Program-made: the position numbers and the translations under genes
Notes under the pieces: generated by a model
Told to the model about the DNA's origin: nothing
The model's input: the letters and a program-made list of their open reading frames with translations, nothing else
The model's database searches: none
DNA from: Octopus sinensis
Taxonomy: Eukaryota
Assembly: GCF_006345805.1 (NCBI RefSeq)
Contig: NC_042997.1
Span: 83,452,001 to 83,516,000, forward strand
Length of the DNA stretch: 64,000 bases
Direction: 5' to 3'
Shown: one piece after another, positions 24,601-39,839 of the stretch
How the letters are laid out: each line of letters opens with the position of its first letter
How positions within the stretch are numbered: the first letter of the stretch is position 1

Positions 24601-26160
24601 TGAATAATGATGTACATAAATGCATATATGACAGGCTTCTTACAGTTTCCATCAACTAGATTCACTCATAAGGTATTGGCTGGTATGAGACTATAGTAGA
24701 GGACACTTGCCCAAGGTGCTGCATAGTGGGATTGAACCCAGAACCACATGGTTGCTTAGCAAATCTCTAAACCACACAGCCATGCCTGCCTCTATGGTGG
24801 TGTAGCAGTGATCTGAAACCAGACTGCTAGGTAACTGGTCATGCATCATGATCAAACCACAATAGTTTCACATGATTGATCTATTAACCCCTTGGCATTC
24901 AAATTTTTCTGTCAAATGTAATGCTTATTTATTCATATTGTTTTGAATTAATCATACATTATCTTGTAGCAGTGAGATTTTACTGATGTGATTGTTTATT
25001 CTTAGAATGACATAGTAGGGTAGGTAGGAGAGGCTGGATCTGGCCAGTTTGAATGTAAAACAGGTAGAATATTTGGGCCGGATGTGGCCAGTTTAAATGC
25101 TAAAGGGTTAAGCAACCAATCAGCATCAAATCATCACCTCATTGAATCTTCTCCTTCCAGAATCTTTTCCTTGTGCTCTATAAAAAGGTGCCTTTTAGCA
25201 GTAATTGCAGAATGTTAAAACAGCTGTGTTATGTCTCCATTCTCACCACAGACAGCCAGTTAAGACAAATGACCCATTGTCGACAAGAATTTTGTTGCCA
25301 CAAATACACTACAATTGTTTCCAGTTATGATGTCTCTCCAAGTATGTACTTATAGCTGTTATTGTTTTTAAAAAAAAACACAGTTAAACTCTATGTTATA
25401 TAGTCTTCTGTTAATTGTTCATGGCTATTGTCAGTTTCTTCTTCCCACGGTCTGAAAAATACATTTTCCTTCAACAACTCAACTAGTCATCACCTCAAAC
25501 CAGTCAACAACACTCTACAACTCACAACAACAATATTGTTTAACCAGGGATTGTTTCATTTGCTTGGAGTGTTGGTGTTCAACTCTTCCTCTTTGTATTG
25601 TTTGGCAAAAGATAGGATTCTGTAACTGATTTGCATTGCACTTATATAGTCTTCAGTGCTAATGCTGTAACCCAAAGAATTACAAAACTTTCGCCACCAT
25701 TACCAATACAATTGAAGTAATTAACAAATAAAGTCTTACATCATAAAGGCGGCAAGCTGGCAGAATCATTGGCATGTCAGAAAAAATACTTAGCGGCATT
25801 TCGTCTATCTCTAAATTCTACTGAGGTCAACTTTGCCTTTCATCCTTTTGGGGTTGATAAAATAAGTACCAGTTGAACACTGGGGGGTCAATGTAATTGA
25901 CTTATCCCTCTCCCTTCAAATTGCTGGCCTTGAGCCAAAATTTGAAACTGATATGTCTTAAATCATAATATATATTAAAAACTATTAATATTTTGAATAA
26001 ATTGCAATTATGTATTTTATTCATTTGTTTTTACTGTATCCTATCCATTTTACTGTTTGTTCCTGCACTGAGAGGATGCAGAATCCTCAAAGATATGTGA
26101 ATGAGGTCTAAAGAAAAGAACAGCTTAACCCACCTGAGGGTAACGAAACATATGCCCATG

Positions 26161-26230
26161 GGCATATGGTGTAGTGGTTAAGAGTGCGGGCTACTAACCC
26201 CAAGATTCCAAGTTTGATTCCAGGCAGTGA

Positions 26231-26266
<36 letters not shown>

Positions 26267-26358
26267 TAATAACATCCAAAAATACCTTAGGAATGAGAAC
26301 CCAGGTTCGAAATTTCTCCAAGACACCTCATGAAGGCTGGGGGTTATATCAGCCGAAA
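26161..26358 (+). mobile_element. tRNA-headed SINE-like element with (TAA)n spacer and hammerhead-like 3' segment
   Basis: Box A TGGTGTAGTGG, box B-like GTTTGATTCC, (AAT)n, then CTCATGA-A-GGCTG...CAGCC-GAAA at 26327-26358. Confidence 0.5.
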
Positions 26359-26570
26359 GGCAGCGAGCTGGCAGAAACGTTAGCACACCGGGCAAAATGC
26401 TTAGCGGTATTTCGTCTGCCGTTACGTTGTGAGTTCAAATTCCGCCAAGGTCGACTTTGCCTTTCATCTTTTGGGGTTGATTAAATAAGTACCAGTTACA
26501 CACTGAGTTCAATATAATCGACTTAATACCTATGTCTGTCCTTGTTTGTCCCCTCTGTGTGTAGCCCCTT
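26358..26570 (+). mobile_element. SINE family A, well-preserved copy
   Basis: GGCAGCGAGCTGGCAGAAACGTTAGCACACCGGG...GAGTTCAAATTCCGCCAAGGTCGACTTTGCCTTTCATC; many similar copies in the window. Confidence 0.8.
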
Positions 26571-26789
26571 GTGGAATTAATTAGACTCCAAAACAATTTA
26601 TAGAATGTCTATTGGTTCTGTACCAACTTGGATTATGAATTAAAGTTCATCTACACTTAGAATTTTTCCTTTACTTCATTTACTGTTTTTGCAAATATTG
26701 GATTTATATTTTTATACATATTATTTACTTGGACTGTACCGGTGGACTTGGCAGTTTGACATCCCTTTGAAGGATTTTGGTCCACACCT

Positions 26790-26942
26790 CTTATATATAT
26801 ATATATATTATATGTGTACATATATATATATACATATATGTATATATATACATGTATATGTATAGATGTATATGCTCATATGTATATATATGTGTATATA
26901 TATATATGTAAATGTATATATACATACATATATAAGTATATA

Positions 26943-27005
<63 letters not shown>

Positions 27006-27089
27006 TTATATATATATATATGTAAGTTTATATATATATGTATATATATATATACATACACACATACATGCATACATACATAAATACAT

Positions 27090-27181
<92 letters not shown>

Positions 27182-27195
27182 CACATATATATTAG
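26790..27195. repeat. (TA)n-rich microsatellite block
   Basis: Read directly; similar blocks at 27480-27660 and 28870-29190. Confidence 0.95.
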
Positions 27196-27270
27196 AAGGT
27201 TTGGAGATGATGTACAGGTATTATAAATTAGAAGAAATGAGGTACTCAGAAATCAGGATGGTTTTATATT

Positions 27271-27476
27271 TACAGATATCAATTAGTAGGTTACATATTT
27301 TTATAAATCATATATCATATATTAGCGCTTTCATCTACTCTAGTGGAGTTGTCAAATTGAACTTTTGCAGATATTCTTGCAAAAGTTCAATTTGACAACT
27401 TCACTAGAGTGGATGGAAGTGCTAATATATGATATATGATTTATAAAAACATGTAACCTACTAATAAATATCTGTA
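27271..27476. repeat. About 206-bp palindrome (100-bp arms, 6-nt loop); foldback/MITE-like
   Basis: Arm 27271-27370 is the near-perfect reverse complement of 27377-27476. Confidence 0.9.
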
Positions 27477-27596
27477 CACACACACATATATGTATATATA
27501 TACATAGATATATATGTATATGTACATATATGTATACATATATTGTGTATATATATGTATATACACATATATATGTATATATAAATATGTATATAC

Positions 27597-27634
<38 letters not shown>

Positions 27635-27659
27635 TTGTATATATAAATATTTATATATA

Positions 27660-28869
27660 TGTAACAGGATCTGGAATCGGTATCACTGAAGGGGTGTCCG
27701 ATCTGATCCTGTCACATTCAATTTAGTTAAATATAACAGACGAGTCAGGTTATCTGGGAAAGACAGCAAATGTTGTTTATTACTTGTGATGGTGTACGTA
27801 TTTCTGAGGGGAAACGACAGCCGAATCTTTGTACTGCTTCCTGTTGGTTGATTGAAGTGATTCGATGTGGTCCGTTGCTAAGCCGGTGTAGAGTTCTCAG
27901 AGACTACCAAATGCACGTCTGTTCACGAGGGCTGAAAGTGCCAGAGAGAGTGAGTGAGTGGACTGTGCCTTAGGGGTCAGTTTCCCGCACATGCGCATGG
28001 GGAAGACTTCCGGTGGCCACCCGGAAGTAGTCCCATTCTGCGCATGCACACTAAACCTTACACAGTAGCATCACTGGTGCTGCAGAAAAACAGATGGCTT
28101 GCCGATCCCCACAGATTTGGTACACAATGTCATACAAAAAACAAGAAATTTGAAAGAAAGTTAAATATAAATTGTCTTTGAGAGTTTCTTGGGCCAATGC
28201 ACTGTTCTGCCCGATCTTGTAACATATGGTGTGCTCGGGGCACCCGTTGACGGCGAAGGTGGTGTTGTGGGAGCCGGTGAAGGCAAAGGTGTCTGTGCAG
28301 GTGAGGGTGTTTGTGCAGGTGAAGGTGTTGTTAAAGGTGCATAGGTGGGTGTGGCAAGGTTGTCATCAAAAGATGAAGACATCTCAAAGTATGCTTTCTT
28401 CAGTCGGTTCACGGAAACGGTCTCAGAATGACCATTTATTTCAATGGTGAAAACCTTAGGTGTGCGAGAAAGCACACGGAAAGGTCCTTTATAGGGAGAA
28501 ACAAGTGGTCCCTTGACAGAGTCATCCCGAACAAAAACATGCGACCAAGTGTCCATATCCGGTGGGAGATGGGATGGTGGAGATTGTTTCCTGGGAACCA
28601 TGGGTGGAAGATTCGAAAAATATGAACGCAGTCTGGCGACATAGGTCGCCGGATCATGGGGCTGGTTGCTAAGCTGGTGTAGAGTTCTCAGAGACTACCA
28701 AATGCACGTCTATTCACGAGGGCTGAAAGTGTCAGAGAGAGTGAGTGAGTGGACTGTGCCTTAGGGGTCAGTTTCCCGCACATGCGCATGGGGAAGACTT
28801 CCGGTGGCCACCCGGAAGTAGTCCTATTCTGCGCATGCGCGCTGAACCTTACACAGTAGCATCACTACA
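27660..28869 (-). mobile_element. Internally deleted Gypsy LTR retrotransposon in a (TA)n tract
   Basis: ORF 28161-28601 is an integrase C-terminus (PLVSPYKGPFRVLSR...VSVNRLKKA, YVTRSGRTV). Direct repeats 27874-28075 and 28665-28866 (about 7 transitions apart); termini TGTAG... (28869) and ...TTACA (27660); AATAAA on the minus strand in the LTR. Confidence 0.85.
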
Positions 28870-28890
28870 TATATATATATATATATATAC

Positions 28891-28921
<31 letters not shown>

Positions 28922-28978
28922 CTTGTATATATAAATATTATATATATTATATATATATATATATACTTGTATATAAAA

Positions 28979-29010
<32 letters not shown>

Positions 29011-29039
29011 CTTGTATATATAATATTTATATATATATA

Positions 29040-29079
<40 letters not shown>

Positions 29080-30352
29080 TATATATACACACCACATATA
29101 TATATATATATAAATATATTATATATATATACACATACATACATATATATATATATATATATTTATATGTATATATGTGTGTGTGTGTGTTTGTACCCCC
29201 CCCCCACCGTCGCTTGACAACCGATATTGCTATGTTTATGCCCCCGTATCTTAACTATTTAGAAAGCAAAGCAATAGAATAAGTACTAGGCTTACAAAGA
29301 ATATATCCTTGGGTCGATTTCTTCAACTAAAAGTGGTGTTTCAGCATGCTTGCAGTCACATGACCAAAACAAGTAAAACAGAAAAAAACTATGCCTCTTT
29401 AATCCGAGCAACGCTGTGTATCTGTGCTAGTTTCTTTATAATCGTAATCTATGCCAATTGAAAGGTATGTCTATAAAATTTCAATAATATTTATCCATTT
29501 TCCTGAAAGTTATGAGGGAAAATTGGATCGTGTGAACTTTCCGAAAGTCCTCTCCTCACTCACCGTTCGTTTGCGCAATTTTTTGGGATCGTTTCCTTTT
29601 GAACGGCACATGTCAACACAATTTCTAGTTGACTGAACACTTTAAAACTTCGTATACTGGTAGAATGTGTCAAAATAAAACATTTTTTTCTCTTGGCTTT
29701 CTTGAGAAAATTGTAATTTGTTTGTTTAACGTAATTTAATTTTTCGAATTTTAACCAATGAATCGCCTCTAATTGAGCTAAAATCATTTGCTGCGTCTAA
29801 AACTGAGACAACATCCTGTCACTAACCCTAACCCTAACCATTATTGTTAAAAGAGCAACATCTGACTCTTCAGGGAGACGGGATGTTGAAGAAATCAAGT
29901 TTCCTAGAACGTTTCAAAAACCACAGGTTGAAAATATTATAAATATAATTAAAGAGTAACAAACAAATGTATTAACCTCGAGCACAAGGACAAAATATGA
30001 CTGCAATGGGTCCCTTTCCAGTTATCACTGGACGCTCTAACAGAAATGTTCATAAGATTTATCTCCCGTGAAACTTTGAGAGTTACCTCCCTTCTTCTCC
30101 TCGGGCTGTAATTAATCGTGTTTTCCTTGTTGTGGCACTCGCAGGTCAAACAGTCACATTACGTAATATCAAAAACACGACCACTACATCTCTAAAGCAC
30201 AATCAGTAGTGACAACTAGACTTTTCAAGGGAAATTTATTCACGTTTACTAAGGAAATCAAAATGTAAGTTGTCTATTATTTTGTTCACTGATTTCTTAC
30301 TTTATATTAATTTCTTTTCAACTGTACGAGTCATCTCCTTATTTTATTTATA

Positions 30353-30550
30353 AGAGCTGGCAGAATCGTTAGCTCACCGGGCGAAATACTTTGCAGCATT
30401 TCGTCTGCCGCTGAGTTCAAGTTCCGCCTTGGTTGACTTTGACTTTCATCCTTTCGGGGTCGATAAAATAAGTACCAGTTGAACACTGGGTCGATGTAAT
30501 CGATTTATCTCTGCTCTCAAAACGGTTGCTCTTGTGGCAAAATTTGTAAC
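30353..30550 (+). mobile_element. SINE family A with CpGs retained
   Basis: GAGCTGGCAGAATCGTTAGC...CCTTTCGGGGTCGATAAAATAAGTACCAGTT. Confidence 0.75.
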
Positions 30551-32585
30551 CATTATTATAAACACCTGTCGAACTTGTCATGTTGCAGAATTCTAAAATA
30601 TTTTAGTTGTTATTCTAATGAGGTTTTTTTACTGTTATATTGGATTTATTCATCAATATTTTACAAATGAAATTTTCATTACTTCATGAAAAAATTGTAA
30701 GATGAAATACCAAAAATTTGATTTGACACAGATGTAGTAACCCGTGGTGCAAAATACGTACGAACGCTCAAATCTATTTTTAACCTGTAATCAACCTAAT
30801 TTAATAACGTCAGCGAGGGAGTAAATAAATAGTAACAAAAGATTTAGTTGCATCAAACAGACAGCAAACCCTAAAATGTTAACGTCATTTCTTATACATT
30901 TTCATAATAATTTGGTGCAACTTTCTGAGGTACTTACTCTTTTTAGAAACACTCTGGCATTCTATGTCGTGTGCACTTTAACGTTTGTTGTTTATAAAAG
31001 ATTAGCGTGCTTCTGTTGTTACATCACAAGTCAAAATAAGACCGACCGAATCTTTTCTCTTTTAATTGTTTCAGTCATTTGACTGCAGCCATGGTGGGGC
31101 ACCACCTTGAAGGGTTTAGTCGAATAAATCGACTTTTCTAAGCTTGGTACTTATTCTATCGGTTGTTTTTGCCGAACCGCTAATTTACAGCCACATAAAC
31201 AAAACAACACCGGTTTTCAAGCGGTGATTACACACACACACTATATTTTATCTTTTGTTTAGATTATGGCCATGCTGAGACACTGTCTTGAAGGATTTGG
31301 GGGTGGAATGAATTGATCGCAGTACTTTTTTTTTAAGCCTGGTATATATTCTATCGGTCTGTTTGCCGAACCGCTATGTTATAGGCGCTTAAACACACCA
31401 ACACAGGTTGTCAAGCGGTGATGGGGGACAAACACAGACACAAAGAAACATAAATAGGTATACATACTACGGGCTTCTTTCAGTTTCTGACCACTAAATC
31501 GAACTCACAAGGCTTTGGTCGGCCTAAGGCTGTAGTAGAAGACTTTTGGGCGGAGGTAAAGAATACATACACCATCCGTTTTCGGCATAACAAAAACCCT
31601 AACCCTAACCACTGTATTCTTTATTTTAGCTGACTCTTGTCCAAGGGGTTATGTAGTGAAACTGAAGTTGGAACGATGTGATTAGTGCTTGTACCTCCTA
31701 ACATATAAAGACTGGGGGAATATATATATATGTGTGTGTGTGTGTGTTTGTATTTTCTATTTGAATTAAATGTCTTGTGAGTGATGCCAAATGTTTTGCT
31801 TTTTTATTTTTACTTTAATCTATATCTACCTGTTCAAGGAAAAACCTCCGATATTCAGTCTCAACGCTACACTTTTCAGCTGTAATTCAAGCCAGAGTTT
31901 TAAAAGCAAACTTTAAGTTAGTTGACAAAAACTCACACACACACACATATATATGTAGAAGGTAGAAAAGTAACACACGAATTGATATGTATAAGGAAAA
32001 TATGACAAGGTAGAAAATACTGAAATAATTTTATCATGAAGTGCATTTTAGTACTGGTTTTCATCTTTTTAGACTTTTTCAACTAAGAGTAAAATAAGAA
32101 AAGCAATTGAATTGGAGAGAAAAATTAAGTGAAATGTTTTGTAGATATTCATATATATATAAATACACACACACACTAGCAATGCATCCCGGTGTTGCCC
32201 GGTTGTTATGACCTACAGCCACATTGTATTATTTGTTCCTTTCTTATGGGCAGAATCAGCAAAGCTGATATATAGTGAACTGGATTACTGGCATAAAGGA
32301 AGTTATTGTTTGTTTAAAAGTGAAGTGGAGGAGGGTATAATTTGCATGGGCTTGCATGAAAGCACTTTCTGTTCTTAAGGATCACAGACTATGTATTGTT
32401 TCATTGTGTAAAAGACGGGTCAATACAATTTTGCCCAGAAATCAATTTTTTGAGAATTTTATTTTCCCCTGTCCCCACTGCAATTTCTTAATTTGTAACA
32501 TCTTTCTGAATTTTTTTTTTTATCCACATAGAAAAATACAAAGATTACGAATCTGGGAAATATATATTTTTTTAAAGTTTAATTT

Positions 32586-32915
32586 TTCTTAAAGAAACAC
32601 TCAATGCCCCTTCCTCCACCTTACCCACCCATCACCTACCTGCTTTTAAAAAGCTAAAACCTCCCAATGTTTCACTTTCATCCAATGTTTCATGCATGTG
32701 TAGAATTGTAGTGAAATAGCAGACATAAAAAATACCAGACCACCACCAGAAAACCTGATGTGCTAGAAACAACAGGTAAATGACATTATTTCTGAAGAAT
32801 CTTCCCTGCTTTCCAAAAAGCTAAAAGTGAAACATTGGGAGTTTTTAGCTTTTTGAAAGTGGTGAGGTGATGGGTGGATGTTTGGGAAGGAGATTTTAGT
32901 GTTTCTTTAAGAAAT
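32586..32915. repeat. Inverted repeat, roughly 90-bp degenerate arms
   Basis: TTCTTAAAGAAACACT...AAAAAGCTAAAACCTCCCAATGTTTCACTTT is mirrored by AAAGTGAAACATTGGGAG...AGTGTTTCTTTAAGAA. Confidence 0.7.
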
Positions 32916-34155
32916 AAGGAAGAAGTAAATTCTTAAAGATTTGTACTCTCAGTTTTTTCTCCATGGATTACTAAAGGATTTTGGGGAAAATTTCCTTTTA
33001 AGTTTATATTGAAGATCAGGTTTTTAAATATGCTCATCACAAGCATGAATTACAGAATAGAAAATGGTCATTTCAATTGGATTGGAGCTGTAATTTTGTG
33101 CATGCACACAGCAAGAAATAGCATAATTCATACAGAAGTTTTACCTAGTGTGTGTGTGCCAAAGGAAGCTATTTTATGGCATTCTTTCATTCGAAGCAGC
33201 AACGTTGTCCTCTTCATCATATAGCCAATCATATGGGATCATATGATTGTTTGTTAATTTCCATAATTTTTTTTTTATTTCCCTATGCTTTGAAGAGAGC
33301 AGAAATTGAAAGAGAGGAGAAAGTGAAAAGGCAAAATTTGCTTTGAAGTGAGAGCAGAAAGTGAAAGATGCATGTACGTGTATATGAAATGGATGTGTGT
33401 GTGTGTGCATGTGCATGAGAGAGAGAGTGAGTGAAGGTGTGTGTTGTCATGTATGCATTATTTTGCATATATGTGTAAGTGGCACTCACTCGTTTCCTCT
33501 CTCTCTCTTTTTCTCTCTCATGAACACACATTATCTTTCATATACATGTACATAAATATGTATGCATACATCTTTTTTGTATGTGTGTATATGTGCATGT
33601 GAGAAAGAGTGAGTGATTGTATTTCCTCATAACATATAGAGAAATGGATGTTTTTCAATGAAATTTTTTGGGTTGTGGCTTATTTTACCACAATACTTAT
33701 GTGTACATTTTTATAAATGTTTGAGTAGAATTCTATGCATCGGATGAAAGTGAAGCAAATTGAAATATTGTCCGAAAATGACCTCAAAATTGTGTGACCC
33801 AATCTTGTTTCCAAGGTTATTTTAGTAGTGATAAAGAGTTGTTGTGCCGAAAACAGTTTGTTTTGTAGCCGAAAGATTACTGAATCTTTTGATTCTTCAT
33901 ACATCAAAATCTGCCACTCAGTTTTCAAATCCATAAGGAACATATATAAACACACACAAACTCTTTTATATATATATATATATATTATATTATATTATAT
34001 GTAAACACATCATGTGGGTTCTTTCATTTTCTGTCTACTAAATCTACTCACAAGGCTTTTGTCAATCTTGGGCTATAGTAGAAGATACTTGTCCAAGGTA
34101 GTATGTAGTGCAACTGAACCCGGAACCATGTGGCTGAGAAGTAAACTTCTTACCA

Positions 34156-36250
<2,095 letters not shown>

Positions 36251-38499
36251 ATCTGAATATAACAAAAAGTGCCTTATTCAGTTGTTAAAACAAAGTGAAA
36301 TTTTCAACAATGAAATCATAGTCAAATCCACAACAATGAACAAAAACAATCACTCTGAACCCCATTACAAGTTCCCATCTTGCCCAGAAATTGCAGACAA
36401 AAATAAACAGTAAATATATTTCCTAATTGCATATCAAAATATCTGGCTAAGCTGTCAGCTTTGGGCTTCCCTCCACTGTCACACATGATAGATTTCATTC
36501 CACAGATGTGATACTAATATCAAAAAGAATGCTCTCGTAATCACCGTACAACATAAACAAAATTTATAGTGTTATCTTGATTAATATTATTCATTATTAA
36601 TGTGCAAGCATGGCTGTGTGGTGACAAGTTTGCTTTCCAGTCACACAGTTCCAGGTTCTGTCCTACTGCATTGCACCATGAGCAAGTGTCTTCTCAAGCC
36701 CTAGGTTAACCCAAAGCTTCATGAATGGGGGTTCGGTACATGAAAACTAAAAGCTCATCCCATATGTCTAGGAAAAATGAAAGAGACTGATTGAATAAGT
36801 ACCAGGCTTAAAAGTAAATCATCACCACCATCACCATTCTCATCATCATTTAACATCTGTTTTCCATGCTGACATGGATTGGATGGCTTGAAAGGCATTG
36901 GCAAGGCTAGGGGCTGCACCAGGTTCCATAGTCTGTTTTGGTTTGGTTTCTATAGCTGGATGCCCTTCCTAATGCCCTCCATTCTACAAAGTATACTGGG
37001 TGTTTTTTTATGCGAAACCATCAGCACCAGTGCTTTTTACATGGCACCAGCACCCACACCAATGCTTTTTCGTGGCACCTTGGTTTTCTTGGATCTCAAT
37101 TTTGTTGTGGTGGGGTGGAGAGTCTTCTCAAGTACAGCCATGCACCACGTATCTTGGTCCTTTGTCATCTCTTTCATAAGGGTTAAAAACAAATAAATAA
37201 ATACTGGGGTTAATTTATTTGGCTAAAACACTTCAAGGCAAAGTAACTTGAGTTTTACTCTGCTACAATTGAACTGGACAATATTATTTACAGAAATTTT
37301 ATTCCCTGTCTTGTTGATAATGAATAATATCTAGCAGGATAATGTCATTGATTTTTGTATGTTGTACCATGATCATGGGCAAGTTATTGAATGGATAAAA
37401 AGGTTTGGACTTGTTTTCTTTCTGAGAAAAAAAGTAAAAGTAAAAAATCTGTTTTTTTTAAATTTTTTTAAAAAATGTATCTTGGCAGAATTTCATTAAA
37501 AATATGTTTTATTTATAAAGTTATGAGCCAATAAAATTGGAGAACATCAAACTGTAGTTATGCCAAATATCCCATGTAATAAGCAAGCTGGCTGCAGTGT
37601 GTCTTCTATATGGAAAAAAAAAAGAGATTCCACTGCTACTGAACAAATGGACTTAAGTCAAATTGGCTTGTTATAGTCAAAGATTGGTCACCTCTAAAAT
37701 GAAAAGAACTGCTTTGATCAAGGATGACTTGGGGTTAAACAGCAACAATAGTCCTGTTATCTACTGAAAGAAAGCCATGGATTTGTCGGTACAGGAAATG
37801 AAGTGTGACATTTATGCAATTTGGAAATGATTTGATTTCATTAACTTAACCCTTTTGTTACAATATTTCTATTAACTCTACATCCTCCTTATTTCAATTA
37901 TTTATTTCAATTAATTTTGAAAATAATAAAAAATTTACTAAAATATCTTGGTCATAACTAAGCTGCTAATGGTAACATAAATTAACATGGAATTTTAATG
38001 GGAAGTTTTAATTTAGATGACTTTATATAGAAAGCTTGTGTCAAAGAAGCAGGGGCAGTCTTGGATGGATTGGTATCAAAAGGGTTAAAGGGGATAGAGA
38101 AGGGAATCATAATGAGTTCCAGTTTCTCTCAATAGTGAAACCTAATCACAAGGGCAAACTATTTTATGGCATTTAGTAAAGAAGATGTCAAACTATGAGT
38201 AAAAACGTAACATTACATTTTCATTACCCTGTATCACCTGTGATTTTTCTATTGGCCCCTTTTGATGTGATTAAATATAGACTGTCATTCTAATAATGCA
38301 TAATTCACTAGAAAATATTATTTCACAAATATGGTTATTAAAAAAATGTAAAGTGCTGTCTTGAGTCCTAGGATTCAAAGGGCCAGTTAATCAGTTTCCA
38401 TGGCAATATATAAATGAGCAAGACCATGACATTTTCCTTGAATGAGACACCAGTCCTTTGCAGGGTTATTCATTTTTCAGCTGGGTAATGACGACTGCA

Positions 38500-38650
38500 A
38501 CTGTCTGGTCATTGCATGCACCACCATGTGCTGGAAGAAGAGGAAAATGTTGTCACACATACATTGACAACGTGATTGCAGACATTGACCTGGAATGTAT
38601 CCAGGACCTCAAGGCAGTGATGGTGGACTGGGAAGAGTGGCAGGTGGATT
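38500..38650 (+). mobile_element. RTE/RTEX-like 3' relic
   Basis: WSLHAPPCAGRRGKCCHTYIDNVIADIDL...MVDWEEW resembles LW.P..G.R.RGRP..TYID.L..D...M.DR..W. Confidence 0.45.
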
Positions 38651-39536
38651 TTGTTGCTGTGATTTGGGTTGGAACCCAGCCATAAAAAAAAAAAAGAAGT
38701 GTTTTGTTCAAGAACACAATACATCACCTGGTCCAGGAATTGAGACTACAATCTTGTGATCATGCATGCAACATCCTGACCACTAGGCCACATGCTTACA
38801 CAATATGGTTATTGGTTATTGCATGTAAAAAAAAAAAAGAATTAGGGATTTTCTGTTTTTTTTATCATGACTTTAGATCAAATACTTTGAAAGATATTAA
38901 AACATTGGACCTATGTAATTGTTATTTAACCCAAGGTCAGTTTTAATGAAACATACTCTGAGTAAAGTCATTCCTGCCATAACCATCCAAACTTTTTATG
39001 ATATTTAGGATTACATATTCAAATGGATCCTTTCTGTATTTAAGATGGTAAGGTGAGTAAGGTGTGATTTGAGGGAGATTCAGCTGCTATTTCTAACAGT
39101 CTGAGCAACTACATAGAAGCTCCCTTGCTGGCTTGTAATCAAGTAGATGTGTTGATATAGGCTTCTATGAGATTTGACAAACCATATGGTATAAATTAAG
39201 GTTAACTAGATTTTTGTCTGTGATGACAACATGCATGTAATAATAAATATTTTACTGTCAAATATTTTCTCCATCTATACTTAATTTGCATTTATTATTA
39301 TTGTTGTTGTTGTTATTATTAAGGTTGTGAGCAGCCAGAATTGTTAGCACACCAGGTGAAATGCTTAGCAGCATTTCATCTGTCTTTACGTTCTGAGTTA
39401 AAATTCCGCCAAGGTCAACTTTGCTTTCATCCTTTCAGGGACAATAAATTAAGTACTAGTGAAACACTGGGGTCAATGTAATCAACTTACTCCTCCCTCA
39501 AAACTTCAGGCTTTGTGCCTTTAGTAGAAAGGATTA

Positions 39537-39577
<41 letters not shown>

Positions 39578-39839
39578 TAGCTGGCAGAATCATTACAGTG
39601 TCAGAAATTTGCTTTTCAGGATTTATTCCAGCTCTTTATATTCTGCATTCAAATCTTGCCAAGGCCAACTTTGTTTTACAACCCTCTAGGCTTGATAAAA
39701 TAAAGTACCAGCCAAGTACTTAGGTAGATTTTAATTGACTAACATTCTTCCCTCAAAATTACTGGTGTTGTGCCTAAATCAGAAAAAAAAAAACATCATC
39801 ATCCTTATTATTAATGTTATTTTTATTTGTCTTTAACAG

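Noticed and set aside
26161-26235. Possible tRNA gene
   Set aside because: Box B is mutated, there is no proper acceptor stem or T-run terminator, and it runs into (AAT)n; treated as a SINE head.
26814-27726. YIYI/MYVC-type ORFs here and at 0.7-1.2, 20.1, 22.7, 28.8 and 62.4-63.8 kb
   Set aside because: Translations of (TA)n, (CA)n and (TACA)n microsatellites.
29800-29920. Minus-strand CTGAAGA and (TTAGGG)3
   Set aside because: No stem II closing onto GAAA; about three telomeric units are too few to indicate a telomere fusion and also occur near 31600.
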